Below are positions 19,132 through 26,874 of a stretch of DNA of 64,000 nucleotides, in pieces (the stretch's first letter is position 1; each line of letters begins with the position of its first letter). The DNA lies in contig CALRXH020000005.1 of the NCBI GenBank assembly GCA_943372135.1, forward strand, positions 51,978 through 115,977, read 5' to 3'. The notes under the pieces are model-generated. The model was not told the DNA's origin. It made no database searches and worked only from the letters and a program-made list of their open reading frames with translations. The translations under genes were made by a program, and so were the position numbers. The stretch is from Maricaulis salignorans (GTDB taxonomy: Bacteria > Pseudomonadota > Alphaproteobacteria > Caulobacterales > Aquidulcibacteraceae).

Positions 19132-20972
19132 CAGACAGCTTTCTTATTGCCAGAGAAGAGTGCAAGGGCACCGCGAATGAGGGCGAATAAGATCAGGACA
19201 AGAACCAGAGCAAGGCCTGCCAATTGCCAGCCATAAAAGCTCACCTGGCGCATGATGCTGTTATGCGCGGCCTGACGCTGCACCTTATAGCCCTTAGGTA
19301 AGTCAAGGACGCCATTGGCCTTCGCATAAGCGGCATAGGCACGTTCCAGATCGGCGCGAACCTCGGGCAATTGCATTGACAAGTCTGTCATTTGGCCGGG
19401 ATCCTTCACGACGTGATAGAGCCGCCACTGATTGTCGCCATATGGGGGGTTATACTTCACCAGCGTGAAATCGCCCTTGGTGATGGCGGCATTGCCAGAA
19501 ACCTCCACCCCAACCGCGTCATTGGGCCCATAAACCGCTTGCGCTTTGCCTGACAGTACCGAAGCCAGACTGCGGCCCGAAATCGGCTTGGAACCGGCAA
19601 TAGCAGGCGCACCACCCACAAGATCGATCAAAGTAGGCGTAATGTCTTGCACAAAGGCTGCAGCAGTGACGGCTTTGTCGGCGGCAATGCCAGGACCTGC
19701 CATCACCATTGGCACATGCAAACCACCGCTGGAAGTATAAAACTTGAACAAATGGCCAGGCGTAGCGACCGCACTCGCCCATTCGGGACCAATCCAGTTG
19801 TAGCTACCGCGCTCTCCGAGATTTGCCAACTCGCGCGTATAGCCATGGGTCTTCATCCATAAGTTAAAGCCGCGCTCGCCGCCGGGATTACTCGGCTCTG
19901 GCCCATTGTCCGAGGTGATGACAAAGATCGTATTCTCAAGCTCACCGGTTTTGTCCAAATGCACAACCAGACGTCCGATCTCGGCATCGGTGGCCTCGAT
20001 CATCCCGGCATAGACTTCCATCGCCTTGGCCTGCATCTTCTTTTCATCCGCGCTCAAGCTGTCCCAAGCCCGCATACTGGCGTGCATGGCAGGTGCTTTG
20101 GCGTCATTCGGCACGAAGCCCAAAGCTTTGGCGCGCTCAAACCGGTCTTTGCGCAATTGGTCCCAGCCGCCATCAAAGCGGCCAGCGTATTTTTGAGTGA
20201 AGGCACGCGGCGCCTGAACCGGGATGTGGACGGCTTGCAAGGCGACATAGGCTAAAAAGGGCTTATCGTCCTTGGGGTTTGCGTCCAGATAGGCTAGCAT
20301 CTTGTTGACGATCACGGTCGAGGAAAACTGGCCGCTGGGATACGAAGTGGGTTTATCATCCTCAAACCACGGTGCCTCGTTATAAAACGGCATATAGGGC
20401 TTATCATCCCAATTATCGGCTCCCGAAGCATCAAGCGCGAAGGATCGGTCAAAGCCGTGTGAGCCTGGCAATTGCCCAGGCCCGTCGCCCAAATGCCACT
20501 TGCCACTCATGAAGGTGTGATAGCCCGCCAAGCGCAACCGCTCTGGCAACGTGGCAACATTGGGCTCTAAATGAAGGCCATAGCCCGGCTTGCCAACATG
20601 CTCTTTCGGCAGAACTTCCTTGATCGTTGCCACGCCTGCCTGATGGTTGGTCAGGCCCGTCAGCAACATGGCGCGCGAGGGCGAGCACAAAGGCGAGGTT
20701 GAATAACGGGTAAAGCGCGCTCCCCGACGGGCGATGGCATCGATAGTCGGGGTTTTAGCCTCGCCGCCATAAATGCCCAGATCCATCAAGGCGGCATCGT
20801 CAAACAAAATGATCACAACATTGGGCTTGGCCTTTGGTGCAGCGACCTTGGGATCTGACTGCCCAAAGGAGGGCCCGGCACTTATCACCAGAGCCAATGC
20901 ACCCAGCGTAACACTGACAGAGCGCATCAATCCAAACAGGTGTCTGTTAGTTTTGCCCACGCTCGCCCCCAA
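19131..20972 (-). CDS. Arylsulfatase (AtsA-like, formylglycine-dependent)
   Basis: NVVIILFDD, CSPSR signature, SGKWHLG, HIPVQAP, YAGMIE..D..IGRL, TSDNGP; start uncertain (20972, 20963 or ATG 20927); hydrophobic C-terminal tail. Confidence 0.9.
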   Translation of the reverse strand: MGASVGKTNRHLFGLMRSVSVTLGALALVISAGPSFGQSDPKVAAPKAKPNVVIILFDDAALMDLGIYGGEAKTPTIDAIARRGARFTRYSTSPLCSPSRAMLLTGLTNHQAGVATIKEVLPKEHVGKPGYGLHLEPNVATLPERLRLAGYHTFMSGKWHLGDGPGQLPGSHGFDRSFALDASGADNWDDKPYMPFYNEAPWFEDDKPTSYPSGQFSSTVIVNKMLAYLDANPKDDKPFLAYVALQAVHIPVQAPRAFTQKYAGRFDGGWDQLRKDRFERAKALGFVPNDAKAPAMHASMRAWDSLSADEKKMQAKAMEVYAGMIEATDAEIGRLVVHLDKTGELENTIFVITSDNGPEPSNPGGERGFNLWMKTHGYTRELANLGERGSYNWIGPEWASAVATPGHLFKFYTSSGGLHVPMVMAGPGIAADKAVTAAAFVQDITPTLIDLVGGAPAIAGSKPISGRSLASVLSGKAQAVYGPNDAVGVEVSGNAAITKGDFTLVKYNPPYGDNQWRLYHVVKDPGQMTDLSMQLPEVRADLERAYAAYAKANGVLDLPKGYKVQRQAAHNSIMRQVSFYGWQLAGLALVLVLILFALIRGALALFSGNKKAV

Positions 20973-20987
20973 ACCACTTCATTGTTT

Positions 20988-21004
20988 TGACACGATGATT
21001 GTCA
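20988..21004. promoter_or_regulatory. Candidate operator TGACA-N7-TGTCA upstream of the arylsulfatase
   Basis: Perfect 5-bp inverted repeat with 7-nt spacer; a related TGACA-N7-TGCAA lies at 22174-22190. Confidence 0.4.
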
Positions 21005-21053
21005 TTGGAGGTGCGAGGGGTCAAGACAAATCCAATCACGATCACGGCCCGCC

Positions 21054-22139
21054 TCAATTGCGCAAGACACGCCGCTTGGATAGCTTGCCTTGGCTGTCCA
21101 GCGAGACCAAATCGCCATCCTCCATGATCCAGAACGTTCCCTTAAACTTCTGCTTGGCATCGCCCAAGAACGGCCCTTCCAGCGCCTTGAGTGGCAAGGC
21201 GGGCACAATATGGGTCAAGGCCACGCCGCCAACCTTGGCGGCATTGGCAATGTCGGCGATTTGGCTCGGCGTCGCGTGATAATTTTCAATATCATGGAAG
21301 ACTTGGCTAACACCCGCCTGCCCGGAATCTTTGGCTGCCTTGCCCATAATCTGGGTCAGGTTTGTCGCGATGGCCTCATGTACCAATAGATTGGCCCCTT
21401 GTGACGCCTTGGTCACGCAGTCACACGCCTTTGTATCCCCGCTGATGACAATCTTTTGCCCGCCATATTCAATTCGATAGCCCAAAGCCGGCTCAATCGG
21501 GCGGTGGTCGACACCAAAAGCAATGATTTTCAGCCCGTCCTGATCATAGACGACAGCCTCTGCCCCGATAGCAGGGGCAGCAAAGGGCTTAGCCTCAAAT
21601 CCAAAACCAGAGGGCGGAACAATCGCGGCACCATGGTGGGCAACCCGGTAACCGCGATCTTGGCTGTAGACTTGGGTAAGACCTGCCGCAATTTGCTCAA
21701 CCCCCGTCGGCCCATAAAGCGGCAGCGGTGCCTTGGCCGAACTCGACGCCCAGCGCTGAAGACCCAAAGAACCCAGTCCATCAATGTGGTCGGAATGAAA
21801 ATGGGTCAGGAACACAGCTTGCACTTGGCCCGTTGGCAAGCCCATCAGATTGAGGGTTTCGGCCGATCCCTCGCCTGCATCGAACACAAAAAGCTTGCCG
21901 CCAGCGATAATCGCCAAACAAGGGCCTGCGCGATCAAGGTCTGGCATTGGGGAACCGGTCCCGCAAAAGCCCGCATGCAGCCCGGTCTTCAACCCTTCGA
22001 TGGTCGGATTCGCAAGGGCTTGATCGGCACCACGCTCCAGAACCGCCAAAGCAATCTTGTCCCGATTTAAAATCCCGACTGCAGCCCCGCAAACAAGGAG
22101 CCCCGCTAGAATGGCTAGAATTGGCTTGGCTTTCATCAC
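21054..22139 (-). CDS. MBL-fold metallohydrolase (RNase Z/arylsulfatase-like)
   Basis: GTGSP, DAGEG, THFHSDHIDG, VDHRP....GYR, ISGDT, YHATP, THIVP; N-terminal TM. Confidence 0.88.
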   Translation of the reverse strand: MMKAKPILAILAGLLVCGAAVGILNRDKIALAVLERGADQALANPTIEGLKTGLHAGFCGTGSPMPDLDRAGPCLAIIAGGKLFVFDAGEGSAETLNLMGLPTGQVQAVFLTHFHSDHIDGLGSLGLQRWASSSAKAPLPLYGPTGVEQIAAGLTQVYSQDRGYRVAHHGAAIVPPSGFGFEAKPFAAPAIGAEAVVYDQDGLKIIAFGVDHRPIEPALGYRIEYGGQKIVISGDTKACDCVTKASQGANLLVHEAIATNLTQIMGKAAKDSGQAGVSQVFHDIENYHATPSQIADIANAAKVGGVALTHIVPALPLKALEGPFLGDAKQKFKGTFWIMEDGDLVSLDSQGKLSKRRVLRN

Positions 22140-22177
22140 GACCCCATATGCGGCTTGTTGGTAAACGCTCTATTGAC

Positions 22178-22205
22178 ACTATAAGTGCAATAATCAACCT
22201 GTCAA
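22178..22205 (-). promoter_or_regulatory. sigma70-like promoter with overlapping palindrome
   Basis: Minus strand TTGACA (22205-22200)-N16-TATAGT (22183-22178); palindrome ATTGACACTATAAGTGCAAT (22172-22191) covers the -10. Confidence 0.6.
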
Positions 22206-22244
22206 ACAGCCACGGCCTTTTTCTCGAGGCCCTGCTGCTCCCAC

Positions 22245-23144
22245 CTATCGCACATCGCGCACCAGGCGGAACCCGATGTGATTACTTGAAAAATCAACAT
22301 CTTGCGGCTGGCGGGCTTGCGGACGATACCGACCACAGAAGTTATCTGAACACAGCCAAGACCCGCCTTTGACCGTCCCCGAGACCCCGTCCAGATAGGG
22401 TGTTTCGGTCCATTCCCAGACATTGCCGATCATATCATAGAGGCCTAGTTTGCTGGGCGGAAAACAGCCGACAGGTGCCGTAGATTGAAAGCCGTCGGAG
22501 CCTTCATCCAAAAGGGGAAACAGCCCCTGCCATGTATTGGCAATCGGCTTCTTTTGGGGATCATACGCGCCAGATCGCGTGTTTGCCTGATCCGGCAAGC
22601 CGGACTGGGCGGCAAACTCCCACTCCACCTCATTGGGCAAACGCGCACCAGCCCATGCCGCATAGGCTTTCGCATCTTGGCGGGATACATGAATGACGGG
22701 CTTATCCTCTTGGCCCTCGATGGTGCTGCCGGGGCCTGAAGGTGCCTTCCATGTCGCACCTGGTATCAATCTCCAGTATCCGGGTCGGCCATTCTTGCCA
22801 CTTTCAAACACGGCCGAGCCTGCTCCACCATCTGTTCGGGTCAGCGACTTTTCGGCGTCCGTGACATAGGCTTTCGCGGCGACAAAGGCTGCAAATTCGC
22901 GGTTTGTCACTTCGTGCGCCTGCATCAGAAACCCATTTACCTGCATGCGCATGGATGGGCCTTCTTCTGGAAAGGAAGGATCCTGACCCAAAAGAACTGA
23001 GCCTGGAGGAATTTTTACCCAGCCACCCTGTTGCGCAGCAGGCAGGCCGCAGCTGACCTTTGCCGCACTCTTTTTGGCCTCTGGCGCTGGCGTGCAGCCA
23101 GAGGCGAGGAAGAATGGCAGCAGGATCAAAATAGCTCGTTTCAC
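22245..23144 (-). CDS. Formylglycine-generating enzyme (SUMF1/FGE), lipoprotein
   Basis: HEVTN.EF..FV, PVIHVS..DA.AYA.WAG.RLP.E.EWE.AA, GLYDMIGNVWEW, KGGSWLCSDNFCGRYRP.AR, HIGFR; lipobox LASGC; GTG start. Confidence 0.9.
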   Translation of the reverse strand: MKRAILILLPFFLASGCTPAPEAKKSAAKVSCGLPAAQQGGWVKIPPGSVLLGQDPSFPEEGPSMRMQVNGFLMQAHEVTNREFAAFVAAKAYVTDAEKSLTRTDGGAGSAVFESGKNGRPGYWRLIPGATWKAPSGPGSTIEGQEDKPVIHVSRQDAKAYAAWAGARLPNEVEWEFAAQSGLPDQANTRSGAYDPQKKPIANTWQGLFPLLDEGSDGFQSTAPVGCFPPSKLGLYDMIGNVWEWTETPYLDGVSGTVKGGSWLCSDNFCGRYRPQARQPQDVDFSSNHIGFRLVRDVR

Positions 23145-24421
23145 GATGTCAGTTCTTTCAAGGCGTCTTCAATCACCCATAAGCGGTCCTGCCCCCATAC
23201 GCACACATCGTTGACACGAAAACACGGAACGCCCCAATGGCCAATTTCCAAAAGCTCCAGCCGATTGGCCTCCGCCTCTTCGCGCCAGCTCTCGCGAGCC
23301 AGCTGTTCGCGCGCTTCTGGCCATGGCAGGCCCGCGGTTTCCACAATCTGCTTCATCCCGGCATCAGAGCCCGCATCGACGCCTTGCGACCACACGGCAG
23401 TCAAAAACGACTCAACAAACTCATAGCCACGCCCCTGCTGCATGGCCCAAGCCAGAATGGCGTAGCCGCGCTCAACCGGCTTGCCGACCGGATCGGCAAT
23501 ACGCCCAAACGGAATATGAAGCCGTCGGGCCTCGCGCGCATTGTCGAGCGTGAAATAGCGGCTCTTCATCGGCGGCACAGGCAAACCCCGCATCACCATG
23601 GGCAGGACATACCGCAAGCGCAATTGTGCACCATAGGCATCAGCCAAGGCTTTTGCCCGATGGGCTGACAAATAAGTATAGGGGCTGCGGAAGGATAAAT
23701 ACCAATGCAGCACTGGCTGTGCACCAGCTTGCATTTTGGCTGGTTTGAGTTCCAAATCCGGCGCAGGGAAGATCAGAGCGGAGGGTGCTCCCGAGACATG
23801 TGCGCCAACACCGCGCAAGCGGGTTTCGAGATAATGGAGGCGATCAATACCCCAATACCACTCGCCGCCATAATGCAGCATTGCGCCCATGAAATGGCCT
23901 AAACGCGCCCGTTCAGCGTCACCTTTGGCACAAGGCCCGCCCGACAAGGGCGCTGCAAGTGGCTGGGAGGTGCCGGCCCACAGCGCCTTGCTTATCGAGA
24001 GGGCGCGGGGCCAGAAGTCTTCTGCCCCTAAAGCTTGCGCAAACTGATCTTGCGCGGCGCGAACGGCCTCGGGTGCCGGCTGCACGCCTTGATCGACGAA
24101 GGTAAAGCCGGACTTCTTCGCCAAACGCGCGCTATCTTCTCGGGCATAGGCAATCAGGCGATCGCGCTCTGGTGCTGCCCAATCATCGGGCGGCCCAACC
24201 AGCCAGACGTGGAGGTCAAGATCATAGCGGCTGCGGAACAGGTCCAAGGCCTGCAGCGCCAAATGACCATAGGGATCATCAATTTGATGAAAATAGTCGA
24301 CACGGTGGCGCGCGCCTTGGCGCTGACGTTCTTTTTCGAACTTGTCGCGGGCCCCATCTTGGCGCTGCGCGCTGGTGATGGCCTCTGCCACCCGTGAAAC
24401 CACTAGCGTTTTCAGTGACAT
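23141..24421 (-). CDS. Tandem DsbA-like / GST-kappa (HCCA isomerase-like) two-domain protein
   Basis: Domain 1 DYFHQIDDPYGHL...FMGAMLHYGGEWYWGIDRL; domain 2 WYLSFRSPYTYL...WGVPCF...WGQDRL. Confidence 0.82.
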   Translation of the reverse strand: MSLKTLVVSRVAEAITSAQRQDGARDKFEKERQRQGARHRVDYFHQIDDPYGHLALQALDLFRSRYDLDLHVWLVGPPDDWAAPERDRLIAYAREDSARLAKKSGFTFVDQGVQPAPEAVRAAQDQFAQALGAEDFWPRALSISKALWAGTSQPLAAPLSGGPCAKGDAERARLGHFMGAMLHYGGEWYWGIDRLHYLETRLRGVGAHVSGAPSALIFPAPDLELKPAKMQAGAQPVLHWYLSFRSPYTYLSAHRAKALADAYGAQLRLRYVLPMVMRGLPVPPMKSRYFTLDNAREARRLHIPFGRIADPVGKPVERGYAILAWAMQQGRGYEFVESFLTAVWSQGVDAGSDAGMKQIVETAGLPWPEAREQLARESWREEAEANRLELLEIGHWGVPCFRVNDVCVWGQDRLWVIEDALKELTS

Positions 24422-24573
24422 TGCGCGCCCCCCTTGATTTTTGACCAACCTATGTTTTGGCGTACAGAATGTCAAAAAGAAGTATGCTTTCACGCCCACC
24501 GCGATCGGCCCCAATGGACCAAAAGGATTAAGCGGCTTAGGTGGGACAGGGATTATCTAAACGAGGATAGACG

Positions 24574-25665
24574 ATGCAGGTGCTCAAGCTGTTAGCCTTA
24601 TGTCTTTTGAGTAGTAGCGCGTGCGGGCAGGCACCGGGGCCGGCTGTCCCGGTACAAGACCAAACATTTTCGACCCGCATCAGCGCTTTGAGCCTGTCCC
24701 CCCAAAACATGACAGGGATCACCAGCACTAGCCCCGCTGATTTGATATATGCCCTGCAGCTCGATACCAAGCGGCAAAACCCGGGCACCCCAGAAGAATT
24801 TGGCGGTCTCTCCTCCCTCTCAGTACAAGCGATTGAAGGCGACACAATCGTTTTTGACGCTTTGACCGACCAAGGCCACCTTGCCCGCTTCTCAGCTCCC
24901 AATCCGCTAACTTGGGCAGCAAGCCCGCCTGCGCCCAGCCAAGTTCACCTCACCATACTCACCGATCCGGCAGGTAAACCGCTGCGCGGGGCCAATCAGG
25001 TCGATAGCGAGGGCCTAGCCCCCACCGACACCGGTTTTCTCATCAGCTTTGAGCGCGACCACCGCCTTCTCGAACTCGTCAAGACAGGTGAGGGCTACAC
25101 AAGTCAGATTGGCCCCACCCTGTCGGGCTTTGAGGGACTTGAATCCAATGGTGGGATGGAGGCGCTGACCCGCCTGCCCAATGGCCAGTTTTTGGCCTCA
25201 GCCGAATATGGCCCAGATCGGTTGGGCGATCCTGCTGCCAAGCTCAAAGCGCCTTATTGGATATTTGATCAGGCCAGCACCGCGGTCACCGCGCCCTTCG
25301 GCAGCTTTGAAAATCAAGGCCGCTTTGGCATCACAGACATCCGGGTGTTGGATCAGGATGTTTGGGTTCTGAAACGTTCCTATGACCCCGCAAGCAAGAT
25401 CACCTTATCTCGATTGGAAGCATGCGACGTCTCAACCGTTCTAGCAGGCAAGCCAGTCTGTAATTTGAAACTCGCCCTCTCTCCGCCCTTTCCGATGGAC
25501 AATTATGAGGGCCTGGCCATGATGAAAGACCCACAAACCGGGGGCAATCTCGTTTTCATCTTGTCAGACGATAATTTTTCTGCCGATCAAAGCACATACC
25601 TTCTCGCGTTTCGGTTAGCCACTTCCCGCCTCACCCGCCGCCTTAAGCCCGGAGCAACGCCATGA
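24574..25665 (+). CDS. Esterase-like activity of phytase family beta-propeller protein
   Basis: FGGLSSL, DSEGLA, ISFERDH, NGGMEAL, MDNYEGL, LSDDNFS; signal peptide. Confidence 0.8.
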   Translation: MQVLKLLALCLLSSSACGQAPGPAVPVQDQTFSTRISALSLSPQNMTGITSTSPADLIYALQLDTKRQNPGTPEEFGGLSSLSVQAIEGDTIVFDALTDQGHLARFSAPNPLTWAASPPAPSQVHLTILTDPAGKPLRGANQVDSEGLAPTDTGFLISFERDHRLLELVKTGEGYTSQIGPTLSGFEGLESNGGMEALTRLPNGQFLASAEYGPDRLGDPAAKLKAPYWIFDQASTAVTAPFGSFENQGRFGITDIRVLDQDVWVLKRSYDPASKITLSRLEACDVSTVLAGKPVCNLKLALSPPFPMDNYEGLAMMKDPQTGGNLVFILSDDNFSADQSTYLLAFRLATSRLTRRLKPGATP

Positions 25666-26126
25666 CTTCCATCAAGACCAGCCTCTTCGTCGCGACCTGC
25701 CTGATGGCACCCTTTGCCCTATCTGCCTGCCAACCGGGCCCCACCAACACGGTGGCCGCAGCTGGGATGGACGGCATAGACCATAGCCAAATGAATCATG
25801 GCCAAATGGATCATAGCCAAATGGATCAGGGTAACATGATGGGGTCAGGCGATGCGGCTGTTGCCGCAACGCCCTCAACCAAGGCCTTTCAAGCGGCCAA
25901 TTCGACCATGCACCAGAAGATGGCCATCCCCTATTCAGGCGATGCCGACAAAGACTTCATCGCCGGCATGATCCCCCATCATGAAGGCGCAGTCGCCATG
26001 GCCCGCGTTGTGCTGGAGCACGGCAAGGACCCTGAAATCCGCAAGTTGGCCGAAGACATCATCGCCGCTCAAGATCGCGAAATCAGCCAGATGAAGGCGT
26101 GGCAGGCCAAGAATAACAAGCCATAG
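25662..26126 (+). CDS. DUF305/CopM-like Met/His-rich metal-binding lipoprotein
   Basis: Lipobox LSAC, DHSQM repeats, GDAD.DF...[12 protein letters not shown]...L.HG.DPEIR.LAE.II.AQ..EI..M. Confidence 0.88.
   Translation: MTSIKTSLFVATCLMAPFALSACQPGPTNTVAAAGMDGIDHSQMNHGQMDHSQMDQGNMMGSGDAAVAATPSTKAFQAANSTMHQKMAIPYSGDADKDFIAGMIPHHEGAVAMARVVLEHGKDPEIRKLAEDIIAAQDREISQMKAWQAKNNKP
25779..25838 (+). repeat. In-frame 15-bp tandem repeat (three good units plus one degenerate; DHSQM-like)
   Basis: gaccatagccaaatg / aatcatggccaaatg / gatcatagccaaatg / gatcagggtaacatg. Confidence 0.85.
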
Positions 26127-26196
26127 ACACGGCCCACCCGACTGCCCAAGCGATGTTGAATCCAACGTCCATCTGGGCTACCGACACATCTGCGCT

Positions 26197-26273
26197 GCAC
26201 CCGTAGCTCAGCTGGATAGAGTGTTGCCCTCCGAAGGCAAAGGTCACAGGTTCGAATCCTGTCGGGTGCGCCA
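26197..26273 (+). tRNA. tRNA-Arg (anticodon CCG)
   Basis: GCACCCG acceptor stem pairing with CGGGTGC, D-arm TAGCTCAGCTGGATAGAG, anticodon arm TTGCC-CTCCGAA-GGCAA, GGTTCGAATCC T-loop, encoded CCA; 77 nt. Confidence 0.97.
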
Positions 26274-26361
26274 TTTTTCCTTGCTAAAATGCAACCCACT
26301 TGTGCAGAAGCCGCTAATGATTGCGTGACTGATCCGGTGATCGAACGGGTGAGGAAATAAG

Positions 26362-26703
26362 GTGACGGAACATGTTCGGCTATTTTCCTACGGCACGCTG
26401 CAGCTTGAACAGGTGCAGCGAGAGACGTTTGGCCGCAAGGTTGAGGGAAAAGCAGACGCGCTCTTGGGCTTCAAACAGACCCTTTTAGAGATCACGGATC
26501 CAGAGGTTCTAAAGATCAGCGGCGAGCGCTTTCACCCCATTGTTATGGCAAGTTCAGACCCCATGGACACGGTGGCTGGAACTGTCTTTTGGATCACGCC
26601 GGATGAACTCGCTGCGGCAGATCGCTATGAAGTGTCGGACTATCATCGCGTGGAAGCAGGCCTTGTCTCGGGCGGCAAGGCTTGGGTCTATGTGAAGGCA
26701 TAG
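26362..26703 (+). CDS. Gamma-glutamylcyclotransferase (AIG2-like) family protein
   Basis: LFSYGTLQ, V.GTVF.IT..ELAAAD.YE, AWVY; GAGG RBS before GTG. Confidence 0.85.
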   Translation: MTEHVRLFSYGTLQLEQVQRETFGRKVEGKADALLGFKQTLLEITDPEVLKISGERFHPIVMASSDPMDTVAGTVFWITPDELAAADRYEVSDYHRVEAGLVSGGKAWVYVKA

Positions 26704-26759
26704 CCTGCGGCGAGAGCGCCTTTAGCAGAAATAAGCTTAACTACGCTGTACCAACCCCC

Positions 26760-26849
26760 TCATCCCCGCCGAAGCGAAGCGCAGAACGGGGATCCCCAAG
26801 GACTTTGCGGCACAAGGTCCGGGACTCGGCTGACGCCGTCGGAGATGAC
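26760..26849 (-). repeat. Second copy of the REP-like element
   Basis: Reverse complement shares ordered blocks GTCATC, GACGGCG, AGCCGA, GGACCTTGTGC, TCCCC, CTGCGCTT with 4146-4217; again between convergent genes. Confidence 0.75.
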
Positions 26850-26874
26850 AGCGATTGAGGCTTTTGAGCGCCCC

